Positions 51,078 to 64,000 of a stretch of 64,000 bases of DNA are shown piece by piece. The stretch's first letter is position 1. Each line of letters opens with the position of its first letter. The translations under genes and the position numbers were made by a program. Below the pieces are notes generated by a model. That model saw only the letters and a program-made list of their open reading frames with translations. It was not told the DNA's origin and made no database searches. This DNA is from Paraspadella gotoi (taxonomy: Eukaryota > Animalia > Chaetognatha), in the NCBI GenBank assembly GCA_051294375.1, contig CM119267.1:2320946-2384945 (forward strand), written 5' to 3'.

Positions 51078-53544
51078 AGAGAGAAAGAGAGAGAGGAGGC
51101 TGACTTTTGGTTTACCACGAATTTTGTTTCCGGTTGTTTGGCAGAGTTTATAAGGTTATATGAGGAAGGAGAAGAGAGAAGGAGCGAAGAGGAGAGGAGT
51201 GATATGAAGGGTGGAGGTGAAAAGAAGAAAAGCGATAAACAAGAAATGGGATTCCAATGTGTTCGCTTCCGAGTGACTTTAGTTTACGTGTATTATATTC
51301 ACATGATATGACATACTATGACATGAGTAAAAAACTTTCTTAGCCCTTGTATTCAATGACATTGACTGCTCGAGTCTTTTATTCCTTATAGTTTTAGGAT
51401 ATGCCATAAATGCGGTGGCGCAGCAGTCCCCTTAGAATTGAGGTTTTTTTTCTTCTTAGACAAAATGAGCAACGAAAACTATTGGGCAAAATTGTTGCAT
51501 CTTTAAGTATAAATGGGACAGAGAACGACGACAGCGCGGACCGATATAATGACGCGAACCGACGAAGAAAGTGACTTATAGAGTTGCTTTCGCGAGTAAT
51601 TGCTCGAGGCGCAAACTAAAACAGTTGAAGTGCTAGAGTAGGATAGGAAATATTAACCGCTAAAGTAATATTAGGTGATATTCAAGTACGACATTAATTG
51701 ATCTCACCTTTATTCGACCTTAATCATTTTCCCCCGAATAAGGTTTTCGTTTTTGCCAAATTTTTAAAAATTATTCTCTATCACGTTTTCATCTCACCTT
51801 TTCGAAGTAGAGTCCGTGACTCGTGAAAGCTCTTCAGGTTTTCACTTGATACTCATAAACACTTATCGCAAGGAAGAAATGCGGCGTCGTTCTCAGAAAG
51901 TCGATGCGGTAAAGGTTTTCGGTGTAATACTTTTAGTTAATCACTTTACGGAAATTTTATCAACCATAACATGATGATTCAAATTGTTTCATATTTTGTA
52001 TAGTCATCTGCTACGCGTGTACGTAATCTAGGTAAACTCGTCTAAAATACTGTTACTTATATTCTTATTTAAAAACTTTATCAATTAAACTTTATTATTA
52101 AACTTTTTTTCTCAAAAATCTAAACTGGTCGACATCCAGATCTCTTAAGAATTAATTATCAATTTAATTTGTTCTGGGTAGCGAAGTCATTTAAAACTCG
52201 ATCGGTTTCTGTGTATTTCTGTATTTTCTGTAATCTTGTTACTCCGATAAATGCAATTCTTCTAACCAACTCGTTTCACATTCATTCTGACATTTTCCCT
52301 GCCACCTGCCTTCTCATCCATATATTTCCCTTCTATGTTTTAATTGTTTTTTTTTTATAATTTAATAGATTTCTTAACTTTTTCTCTGAATTCCACCAAT
52401 CCTGACTTGGTCTCAAAATCCAACCACAATAGACAAGCGTCCCTTTTGCGCTACAACGAGTCTGCGCGCAATTACTTTTTGCTCAGCGGGAAACGAAACG
52501 AATACCAAATCACAGTTGTACATAAAGCGACATTTGCTCGCAAAGAGATGGAGCCCTGATGGGCTCTGAACTTCAATCCACATTCACTACAAATGAGACC
52601 ACGTGACCCACCAACTCTTTTTCTCTCTTCAACATCTCACTCATCCATATGTGCCACGTGACTCACACTACTCTTTCACATCTCACTCACGTCTTCTACA
52701 TTTTGCCACAGGAAATGATTCTCAAGCAAAAGTCTTTCTCGCTTACGAATCTTAATCTAATTTTCCCTTTTTCCTTTTTTTCATTTGTGTCTCCTCCTCT
52801 TCTCTTCTTCATCTCTTCCTCCTCTTCAATCCTCTTCGCTCCTCCTTCCTTCGCCTCCTGCTGAGGTTTTCCTCCAATGCTCTATCTTTAAATTTTCTTT
52901 TCTTCTTCCCCCTTGTCATTTGGTTTTATTTATTCTTAAACCCTTCCCCCTTGTTCATTGTTTTATTTATTCTTAATCTTCCCCCTTGTCATTGTTTTAT
53001 TTATTCTAAACGCCTTCCCCTGTCATTGTTTTATTTATTCTTATCTTCCCCCTTGTCATTGTTTTATTTATTCTAACTCTTCCCTCTTGTCATTGTTTTA
53101 TTTATTCTTAATCTTCCCCTTGTCATTGTTTATTTTATTCTTACTCTTCCCCCTTGTCATTGTTTTATTTATTTCTTACTCTTCCCCTGTCATTGTTTTA
53201 TTTTTTCTAACCCTTCCCTTGTCATTGTTTTATTTATTCTTACTCTTCCCTGTCATTGTTTTATTTATTCTTACTTCTTCTCCCTTGTCATTGTTTTATT
53301 TATTCTTACTCTTCCCCTTCCCCTTGTCATTGGTTTTATTTATACTTACTCTTCCCCCCTGTCATTGTTTATTTTATTCTAACCTTCCCCCTTGTCATTG
53401 TTTTTTTATTCTTACCTTCCCCTTCCCCCTTGTCATTATTTTATTTATTATTACTCTTCCCCTTGTTATTGTTTTATTTATTCTTTACTCTTGCTCTCCT
53501 TGTCATTGTTTATTTATTCCAACCCTTCCCCCTGTCATTGTTTT

Positions 53545-53614
<70 letters not shown>

Positions 53615-54001
53615 TATTATTATTATTTTTATTATTTTATTTTTTTCTTTTCAATCAGTTTTGAATTTTTCTTCTAGATTTTTGCTTTGCCCTCTTCTTC
53701 CAAACTTTTCCTTTGATTTTTTCTTCCTCCTCACATCTTCCTCAAATTCCTTGACCCACCTCTTATTTTCACACTCTTCCTCCTCCTCATCCTCATCCTC
53801 TCCTCCTCATCCTCCTCCTTCCCACCGACGATTCCAAAAAAAGCCAATCTATTTCCCTTCTAGTTATTTGGTCTTGTCTCTTTGAATTTTGTCAGGGCTA
53901 AAACGTGAGCTACTACTCCCCTCTGCTCTCTCTCTTTCTTTCTCTCTCTCTCTTTCTCTCTCTCTCTCCTCTCTCTCTTCTTCTCTCTCTCTCTCTCTTT
54001 T

Positions 54002-54058
<57 letters not shown>

Positions 54059-54577
54059 TCTCCTTTGATAAGGCTTTTGCTCCGGGATGTCACCTCGAGA
54101 AATCGAGATTCACGCGACAAAAAGGTGAGAAAAAATAGTAAAAAAAAAAATAAAAAAAAATGGCAACAAAAGTTGGAAAAAACAGAAACTGAGGATAAAA
54201 GATGAGAAATATTATATTAATTTTTGGTTTAGTATCGCAATTTTATTTTTAGAAATGGAAGGAAGGAAGCCTGTCCAGAATCAGCAGACCAGAATGCTTA
54301 TTCAATAATCATTAAGTGAGTGTATAATTTCTCTATTCGCTTGTATATTGTCATAACTTATTTTCTATTTAGTTATCTTTACTTGACATTTTAAGTTTGA
54401 ACAGTTTTGTATGACCGAATGAACAACTAATCTTCCCTTTTCATCTTCCCCGCTTGAGATTTATCCTTTCACTTCCCGACGCCAAAAACCATTACCTTGT
54501 CTCAACTTTGCTCCCAAATGTATTTCAAAGCACTCTCTCTCTCTTTCACTCTCTCTTCTTACTGTCTTGCTCTCTCT

Positions 54578-54650
<73 letters not shown>

Positions 54651-54878
54651 TCTGCCTGTCTTTCTCCCACTCTCTCTCTCTTGCTCTTTTTTTCACTTTC
54701 TTTCTCTTTCCATATTCTTTTTTCACTCTCTCACACTTTCCCCTACTTTCGCACACGAAAAGAGCACACTTAATGTATGCCTATCGGCACTTTTATATCA
54801 ATTAGAATCAGTCACCGATTATTTCTCCGAACGTCGTCTCGTCTTTTCTAAGACGAAAATAAAATGCCTAATTGAAAT

Positions 54879-54911
<33 letters not shown>

Positions 54912-55743
54912 ACTGTCTCCTGCGGATTTTTAAAACAAGGGCGCCAGCGACGAAAGATTTGATGAATCGCGTGGAAATGCTCAATCTGGGCCTCGTCGTC
55001 GTGTCGCGTCGTGCGTCGTTCGTCGCGTCTTAAGACTTAATTCGCGTTTATCGTCGAATTATCGTCGTCGTCGTCTTTATTTTTTCGTCATCATCATCAT
55101 CGTTCAGAGAAGCTGTTGTTGTTGTTATCCAAAGTTTTCCACTTAGAATTTATTTCATTTTCGTTCATAAAAGAAAACAAATAAATAAATCGAAAAAAAA
55201 TGAACCAAACTAGATGACCAAGAGGAAAAGTTTAGAACAACAAATTTTAAAAAAGTTTACAAACAACGGAAAATATTTTAATTTTTCAAAGATGATTTTT
55301 AACTGATGCACTGGTAGTGTCATTGCGAAGTTATCATTAACTAATAAATTTATGCATTACTCATGATAGCTTAGGGGAGAAATGGGTGTTTGTGCCTCAG
55401 TAGATTTGGTTTCGATCACGTTGGCTGACTTTAGTTCTTATTCAATTAACGTTCAGAATTTGAACAGGTTGTAAGTTTATTTATCAACAAACAATTTTGG
55501 CGACGAGGAACGGAGATAAAATGTTTATTACATACAAACGATGTGTTGAAATTAATTTTTAATTTCGAGATTAAAAATAATAAAACGTGAGTAGTAAAAT
55601 AATTAAAAATAAACCCCAACGGCGAGTTAAAACGTTGAACGTTCAAGGAGGCAACGACTTTTTCTCGCCACGTATTTCGAACATTGCTAAACGTAAAAAA
55701 TAAGACAGATACTAATTTTTCCCCCTTTTCGCGACTGAATCAG

Positions 55744-55866
55744 TGTTGTAACTTTTTCCTAATAATTTGGGCCGTTTCGATCGCGATATCGTCCGCCGAT
55801 GGACTCCGCGGACGTCGAAACTTTCATTCGCACTCGTCGGCCGCCACGAGCGTCGAAAACAAAAGG
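55744..55866 (+). CDS. Candidate exon encoding a signal-peptide-like segment, unidentified
   Basis: Acceptor gactgaatcag| and donor AGG|gtaatg. Translation FFLIIWAVSIAISSAD..., then DSADVETFIRTRRPPRASK or GLRGRRNFHS depending on a 1-nt difference between copies (49609-49754, 62630-62758). Confidence 0.2.
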
Positions 55867-56019
55867 GTAATGAACAAATTAAATAATTATCAATGACGAA
55901 TGAATGAATAATCGATGAATCTTTATTTAAATAAGACATTAATCCACAAATGTTTATAGACATTTCCACTAAAGTTTAATCGAGAATTCCACAAGAGTTT
56001 GTTCATGAATCCTGACACT

Positions 56020-56868
56020 TTTTTTTCTTCTCCTCCTTCCTTCCTTCTTCTCTTCTTCTCTTCCTTCTTTTACTTTTTCTTTCTTCCTCCTCCTACTTCC
56101 TTCCTCCTTCCTCCTTCTCCTGTCTTCTTCCTTCTTCTACGTCTTCCTTCCTTCCTTCTTTCTCCTTTTTTCCTCCTCCTCTTCTCCCTCTCCTCTTCCT
56201 TCTTCTACTTCTTCTTCCTTCTTCCTCCCTTCCCTCTTCTTCCTCTTCTTCCTCTTCCTTCCTCCTCCTTCCTCCCTCCTCCTCCACTCTTCCTTTTTCC
56301 TTCTTCTTCTTCTTTCTCCTCTTCTCCTTCCCTCCTCCTCTCCTTCCTTCTTCCTTCTTCTTCTTTCTCCCTCCTTCTTCCTCCTTCTTCTCTCTCTTCC
56401 TCCTCCTCCTCCTCCTTCCTCTTTCCTTCTTCTTCTTTCATCTTCCTCCTCCTCCTCTTCCTCCTTCCTCCTTTTTCCTCCTTTTCTCCTCTTCTTCCCT
56501 TCTTCTCTCCTCTTCCTCCTCCTTCTCCTCCTCCTTCCTCTTTTCTTCTTCCTTCTTCCTTCTCTCTCCTCTTCCTTTCTCCTTCCTCTCCTTCTTCGCT
56601 TCTTTCCTTCCTTCCTCCTTCTGTGTCTCCTCTTCTCCTCCCTTCCTCCTTCTTCTCCACCTTTTCTTCCTTCTTCTCCTTCCTTCCTGCTTCCTCCTTC
56701 TTTCCCTTATTCCTCTCCTTCCTTCTTACCTCGCTTCCTTCTCGTCCTTCTACCTCCTCCTCCACCTGTCCTTCCTTTCCTCGCTCCCTTCGAATTGCCT
56801 TGTTCCTGCTCCTTCCCCTCCTCCTTCCTTCCTTCCTCCTTCCTCCTTCCTCCCTCTCCATCTCCCTC
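56020..56868. repeat. ~850 bp homopyrimidine (C/T) low-complexity tract
   Basis: Degenerate TTC/TCC repeats. Redundant copies lie at 49907-50307 and 62913-63810. Confidence 0.95.
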
Positions 56869-57291
56869 GAACCCTGTCCTCAGCCTCCCCATGCCTCAAA
56901 ATGTACCCGAGGCGCTTCGGCATTCAGGGCTAAAAAGTGGAGAGCCTTTTTCTCTCTCCCTGGGATGGAATCAAAATTCTGGCCATTAATTTCCATCTCG
57001 TGAATGAGATGTATCTGTTGGGCGTTGTCCCACAATCCACCGCTCCGACCACATCCCGCATCGCTCCGACGCACATCCACCGCGATGCAAATTAAACTCA
57101 GCCGGTCTCTTCCTCTCGAGTGGGCTTCGTGGGCCTCCTGTCGTTTCCAACGAGAAAATAAAATGCGAACTGAGAAAAATGATAACTGCAGTCTGAGAAC
57201 GTTAGTATGATGCCAATCAAGATGTGTGAGAGCTAGGCAGACTACTTCGTAGTTGTATGTGCACGCAGAAAAGACATAAGCAAAGATTAAG

Positions 57292-57329
<38 letters not shown>

Positions 57330-57772
57330 GATAGAGAAAAAAGGAGAGAGGAGAGAGACGATGCTGACGCTATTGTCGATCACCCGATTTTGACGGTGAG
57401 AGGAAAATCAAAAACTCGCACAAAATATTGACGCCATTTTTATTGACAGCAACATTGGTTGTTGTTGTTTGTTGTTGTCGTCGTCGTCGTCACATTGTTT
57501 GCTTCAATCGTCGTCATTATTGTGAATTTGGTTGAAACAGTAATTAGAACAATGTTTGAAATGATGTAAATTTTATTTGTTTGTTTTAACATTTTCGTCA
57601 TGTCCCCTACAACCGCGATTTCCACAATAACGATTATTTCATTTTTTCAAACATTTTTCTTATTATTATGATTCTTGCGCTTTTCGTAGTGCGTCACTCG
57701 TCGCTGTCGGTTAAAGGGAAGAGCGGCCGTCGGGTCATTTCCAATCTCTCAATCATTTTTCCAATTGTGGAG

Positions 57773-57822
<50 letters not shown>

Positions 57823-60324
57823 AAGAGAGAGAGAGAGAGAGACTGACTTTTGGTTTAACCACGAATTTCGTTCCGGTTGTTTGGCAGAGTTTATACAGTT
57901 ATAGAAGGAAGGAGGAAAGAGGAAGAGGAGGAGCGAAGAGGAGGAAGGAAGTGATATGAAGGGTGGAGGTGAAAAGAAGAAAACGCGATTAAACAAGAAA
58001 TGTGATTCCAATGTGTTCGCCCGCAGTGACTTTAGTTTCACGTGTATTAATATTGCACATGATATGACATACTATGACATGAGTAAAAACTTTCTTAGCC
58101 CTTGTATTCATGACATGACTGCATCGAGTCTTTTATTCTTATAGTTTTAGGCATATGCCTAAAGGCGGTGGCGCGAGCAGTCCCCTTAGAAATTGAGGTT
58201 TTTTTCCTGTCTTAACAAATGAGCAACGAAAACTATTGGCAAAATTGTTGTGCATCTTTAACGTAAAATGGGACAGACCGAACGGACTGACAAACCGGAC
58301 CGACAGACCGACCGACGAAAAAGTGACTTATAGAGTTGCTTTCGGCGAAGTAATTGCCTCGAGGCGCAACTAAAAAGTTTGAAGTGCTAGAGTAGGATAG
58401 GAAATATTTAACCGCTAAAGTAATATTTAGGTGTAGTCAAGTACGACATTAATTGATCTCACTCTATTCGACCTTAATCATTTTCCCCCGAATAAGGTTT
58501 TCGTTTTTGCCAAATTTTTAAAAATTATTCTCTATCACGTTTTCAATCTCAATTTTCGAATGAGAGTCGTGACTCGTGAGCTACTTCAGTTTTCACTTGA
58601 TAACTCATAAACACTTAATCGCAAGGAAGAATGGGCGTCGTCCTCAGAAAGTCGATGCGGTAAAGGTTCGTGTAATACTTTAGTTAATACTTTACGGAAA
58701 TTTTATCAACCATAACATATGATTCAAATTGTTTCATATTTTTGTATAGTTCATCTTGCTACGCGTGTACGTAATCTAGGTAAACGTCGTCTAAAATACT
58801 GTCTTAATTCTTATTTAAAAACTTTTATCAATTAAACTTTAATTATTAAACTTTTTTTCCAAAATCTAAACGGTCGACATTCAGAATTCTTTAAAGAATT
58901 TAAAAATTATCAATTTAATTTGTTTGGTAGCAAGTCATTTAAAACTCGATCGTTTCTGGTATTTCTGTATTTTCCTGTAATCTTGGTTCCTCGATAAAAT
59001 ATTTTCTACCAACTCGTCTCAATGTCATCTGAATTTTCCTCCACTGGCCTCTCATCATATTTTCCCTTCTATGTTTTACATTGTTTTTTTTTTACATAAT
59101 TTAATAGATTTCTTAACTTTTTCTCTGAATTCCAACCAATCCTTGACTTGGTCTCAAAATCACAACGCACAATAGACAAGCGTTCCCTTTTGCGCTATCA
59201 ACGAGTCTGCCCGCGCAATTACTTTTGCTCAGCGGGAAACGAAACGAATACCAAATCACAGTTGTACATAAAGCGACATTTGGCTCGCAGAGATGGAGCC
59301 GCTGACTGGGCTCTGAACTTCAATTCCCACATATCACTACAATGAGACCACGTGACCACACCACTCCTTTTCTCTCTTCAACATCTCAACTCACTCCTCA
59401 TATGTGCCACGTGACTTCACACTACTCTTTCACATCTCACTGCACGTCGTTCTACATTTTGCCACAGGAAATGATTCTCGCAAAAGTTTGTCTCGCTTAC
59501 GATCTTAATCTAATTGTTCCCTTTTTCCTTTTTTTCAATTTGTGTCATCCTCTCTTCTCTCTCATCTCTTCCTCCTCTTCAATCCTCGTTCGCTCCTCCT
59601 TCGCTTCCGCCTCCTGCTGAGGTTTTCCTCCAATCTCTATCATTTAAATTTCTTTTCTTCTTCCCCCTTGTCATTTGGTTTTAATTTATTCTAAACCCTT
59701 CCCCCTTGTTCATTGTTTTATTATTCTTAATCTTCCCCCTTGTCATTGTTTTATTTATTCTAAACGCCTTCCCCATGTCATTGTTTTATTTATTCTTATC
59801 TTCCGCCCTTGTTCATTGTTTTATTTTTCTAACCTTCCTCTTGTCATTAGTTTTTATTTATTCTTAAATCTTCCCCTTGTCATTGTTTAAATTTTATTCT
59901 TACTCTTCCCCTTGTCATTGTTTTATTTATTTCTTACTTCTTCCTCCTGTCATTGTTTTATTTTTTCTAACCCTTCCCTTGTCGATTGTTTTTTATTTAT
60001 TCTTACTCTTCCCTGGTCAATTGTTTTATTTATTCATTACGTTCTTCTCCCTTGGTCATTTGTTTTTATTTATTCTTACTCTTCCCCCTTCCCCCCATTG
60101 TCCATGGTTTTATTTATACTTACTCTTCCCCCCTGTCCATTGTTTATTTTATTCTAACTCTTCCCCCTTGTCATTGTTTTCTTTATTCCTTACCTTCCCC
60201 TTACCCCCTTGTCCATTATTTTATTTATTAATTACTCTCCCCTTGTTATTGGTTTTATTTATTCTTTAGCTCTTCTCTCCTTGTCATTGGTTTATTTATT
60301 TCCAACCCTTCCCCCTGTCAATTG

Positions 60325-60408
<84 letters not shown>

Positions 60409-61410
60409 TTTATTATTTTAATTTTTTTCTTTTCAATCAGTTTTGAAATTTTTCTTCTAGATTTTTCCGCTTGCCCTCTTCTTCCAAACTTTTCCTTTGA
60501 ATTTTTTCTTCCTCCTCACATCTTCCTCAAATTCCTTGACCACCTCTTATTTTCACACTCTTCCTCCTCCTCACCTCCTCATCCTTCATCCTCCTCATCC
60601 TCCTCTTCCCACCGAAGGCGATTCCAAAAAAAGCCAAAAATCTATTTCCCTTCTAGTTATTTGGTCTTGTCTACTTTGAATTTTGTCAGGGCTAAAACGT
60701 GAAGCTACTACTCCCCTCTGCTCTCCTCTCTTTTCTTTCTCTCTCTCTCTTTCTCCTCTCTCTCATCTCTTCCCTCTCCTCTTCTTTCTCTCTCTCTCTC
60801 TCTTTTCTCTCTCTCTCTCCTCATCTCCTCTCTCTGCTCTCTCTCTCTCTCTCTCTCTCTCTTTCCTCAATCCTTTGATAAGGCTTTTGCTCCGGGATGT
60901 CACTCGAGAAATCGAGATTCACGCGACAAAAAGGTGTAGAAAACAATCAGAAAAAAAAAAATACGAAAAAAAATGGCAACAAAAGTTGGAAAAAACAGAA
61001 AACTGAGGATAAAAGATGAGAAATATTAATTAATTTTTGGTTTAGTATCGCAATTTTATTTTTAGAATGGAAGGAAGGAAGCCTGTCCAGAATCAGGGCA
61101 GACCAGAATGCTTATTCAATAATCATTAAGTGGTGTATAATTTCGTCTATTCGGCTTGTATCATTTGTCATAACTTATTATTCTATTTAGTTATCTTTAC
61201 TTGACATTTTAAGTTTGAAGCAGTTTTGTATGAACCGAATGAACAACTATCTTCCCTTTCATCTTCCCCGCTTGAGATTTATCCTTATCACTTCCCCGGA
61301 CGCCAAAACATTACCTTGTCTCAACTTTGCTCCCAAATGTATTTCAAAGCACTCTCTTCTCTCTTTCAACTCTCTCTCTCTTTACTGTCTTGCTCTCTCC
61401 TCTCTCTCTC

Positions 61411-61447
<37 letters not shown>

Positions 61448-64000
61448 TCTCTTCTCTCTCTCTCTCTCTCACTCTCTCTTAGCTCTGGCCTGTCTTTCTC
61501 GCCACTCTCTCTCTCTTAGCTCTTTTTTTCCTTTCTTTCTCTTTCCATATTCTTTTTTTCACTCTCTCACACTTTCCCCTACTTTCCGCACACGAAAAGA
61601 GCAGCACCTTAATGGTAAATGCCTATCGCACTTTTATATCAACTTAGAATCAGTGCACCGATTATTTCTCCGAACGTCGTCTCGTCTCTTTCTAAGACGG
61701 AAAATAAAATGCCTAATTGAATTCTCACTCTCTCTCTCCTTCTCTCTCTCTCTCACTGTCCTCCTGCGGATTTTTAAAACAAGGGCGCAGCGACGAAAGA
61801 TTTGATGAAATCGCGTGGAAATGCTCAACTCTGGGCCTCGTCGTCGTAGTCGGGCGTCGTGCGTCGTTCGTCCGTCTTAAGACTTAATTCGCGTTTTATC
61901 GTCGAACTTATCGTCGTCGTCGTTTTATTCCTTTTCAGTCATCATCATCAATCGTTCAGAAAGAAGCGTTTTGTTGTTATCCAAAGTTTTCCCACTTAGA
62001 ATTTATTTCATTTTCGTTTCATTACAAAGAAGAACAAATAAATAATAAATTCGAACCTATAGTACAATGTATAGTGATAAACTACGAAGATGACCAGAGA
62101 AAAGTTTTAGACAAACATTTCAAATTTTACAAAACGGAAAATATTTTAATTTTCAAGGAGATGATTTTTAACTGATGCACTGGGGTTGGTGTCATTGCAA
62201 GTGGTTATCATTATATATTAATTTATGCATACTCATGATAGCTAACGGGGAAGAAATGAGTGGTTGTGCCTCAGTAGATTTGGTTTCGATCACGTTGGCT
62301 GACTTTAGTTCTCTTATTCAAATTAACGTTCAGAATTTGGAAACAGGGTTGGTAAAGTTATTTATCAACATACAATTTGGCGACGAGACGGGATAATAAT
62401 GTTTATTAACATAAAACGATGTGTGTAAATTAATTTTTAATTTCGAGATTTAAAAATATAAAACGTGAGTGTAAAATAATTAAAAATAACGCCCAAACGG
62501 CGAGTTAAAAACGTTGAACGTTCGTGTAGGCAACGTACTTTTTCTCGGCCACGATAATTTCGAAACATTGCTAAAGTAAAAAATAAGACAGATACTGAAT
62601 TTTCCCCGCTTTTCGGCGAACTGAATCAGTGTGTAGAACTTTTTCCTAAATAATTTGGGCCGTTTCGATCGGCGATATCGTCCGGCCGATGACTTCGCGG
62701 ACGGTCGAAACTTTCATTCAGCACCGTCGGCCGCCACGAGGCGTCGAAAAGCAAAAGGGTAATGAAACAATTAAATAATTATCAAATGACGAATGAATGA
62801 ATAATCGATGAATTTTATTTAAATAAGACATTAAATCTCACAATGTTTATAGAGCATTTCTCATAAGTTTAATCAGTTCCACAAGAGAGTTTGTTTCATG
62901 AAATCCTGACACTTTTTTTTCTTCTCTTCCTTCCTTCTGCCTTCTCTCTTCCTCTTCCTTACTTTACTTTTTTCTTGTCTTCTCTCCCTACTTCTTCCTC
63001 CTTCCTCCTTCTCGCCCTGTCTTCTTCCTTCTTCTATACGTCTTCCCTTCCTTCCTTCTTTCTCCTTTTTTTCCGCTCCTCCTCTTTCGCCTCTCCTCTC
63101 TCTTTCTTCTAGACTTCTTCTTCCATTCCTTCCTCCTCTCTCCTCCTTCTTCCTCCTTCTTCCTTTCTCTTCCTCTCCTTCCTCCTCCTCGCTCCTCCAC
63201 CTCTTACCTCTTTTCCTTCGTTCTTCTTCTTTCTCCTCTTCGCTCCTTCCCCTCCTCCTTCTTCCCTTCCCTTCTTCCTTCTTTTCCTTTCTCCCTCCTT
63301 CTTCCTCCTTCTTCTCTCCTCTTCCTCCTCCTCCTCCTCCTTCTCTTTCCTTCCCTTCTTCTTTCATCTTCCTCCTATCCTCCTCCTTCCTTCCCTTCCC
63401 TCCTTTTTCCTCCTTTCTCCCTCCTTCTTCTCTTCTTCTACTCCTCTTCTCCTCCTGTACATCCTGCCCGTCCTTCTCCCTTCGCTTTTTCTTTCCCTTC
63501 TTCCTTCTCTCTCCTCTTCCTTTCTCCTTCCTCTCTCCTTCTTCGCTTCTTTCCTTCCTTCCTCCTTCTTGTTCCTCCTTCTTCTCCTCCCTTCCTGCCT
63601 TCTTCTCCACCTTTTCTTCCTTCTTCTCCTTCCTTCCTGCTTCTGCCTTCTTCCTTATTCCCTCCTTCCTTCTTACCTCTTCTTCTCTCCTCTACCATCC
63701 TCCTCCACCTTCCTTCCTTCTTCCGTCGCTCCCTTCGCTTGCCTTGGTTCCTTCCTTCCCCTCCTCCTTCCTTCTATCCTCCTTCTCCCTTCTCCCTCTC
63801 ATCCTCCCTCGAACCCTGTCCTCAGCCTCCCCATGCCTCAAAATTGTACCCGAAGGCGCTTCGGCAATCTAGGGCTAAAAAAGTGGAGAGCCTTTTCTCT
63901 CTCCCTGGGAATGGAATCAAAATTCTGAGCCATTAATTTCCATCTCCGTGAATGGAGATGTAATCTGTTGGGCGTTTGGTCCTCGCTCCTCCTCCTACTC

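Larger units (their letters stand above)
38473..63981 (+). repeat. Multi-copy ~6.7 kb unit, probably mostly gap-filling redundancy
   Basis: The unit start ccacaatccaccgctcc occurs at 38473, 50333 and 57030. Full copies: 50333-57029 and 57030-63981. Partial copies: 38473-43863, 43889-46312, 46318-49667 and 49693-50307. Differences are indel-dominated. Confidence 0.92.

Noticed and set aside
38473-63981. 6.7 kb unit as a tandem retroelement, viral concatemer or rDNA-like array
   Set aside because: No RT, integrase, capsid or rRNA motifs were seen, and the boundaries coincide with gaps and identical read starts.

Overview
This is AT-rich, extremely microsatellite-rich eukaryotic DNA, probably from an invertebrate animal; the taxon cannot be determined from the window. 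It comes from a gapped scaffold that appears to have been patched with raw, indel-rich long reads. I recognise no nameable gene, rRNA, tRNA or CRISPR array, and nearly all ORFs in the track are translations of simple repeats or N gaps. Three redundant blocks dominate. (1) An apparent ~24.5 kb palindrome pairs ~5875-16900 with the reverse complement of ~19642-30320. (2) A 2.3 kb tandem duplication spans ~32300-37000. (3) A ~6.7 kb unit occurs as two full copies plus partial copies (38473-63981). All three blocks abut gaps of exactly 25 N and differ mainly by 1-nt indels, and the two tandem blocks share identical read-like ends, so they are best explained as gap-filling artefacts. Roughly half of the window is therefore redundant. 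Signals that are probably genuine: a ~550 bp foldback MITE-like element, a Helentron/HINE-like terminus, a ~775 bp insertion plus a longer VNTR found in only one copy (a possible second haplotype), several minisatellites, and a few candidate exons visible only by comparing copies. I found no convincing evidence for a new biological system.
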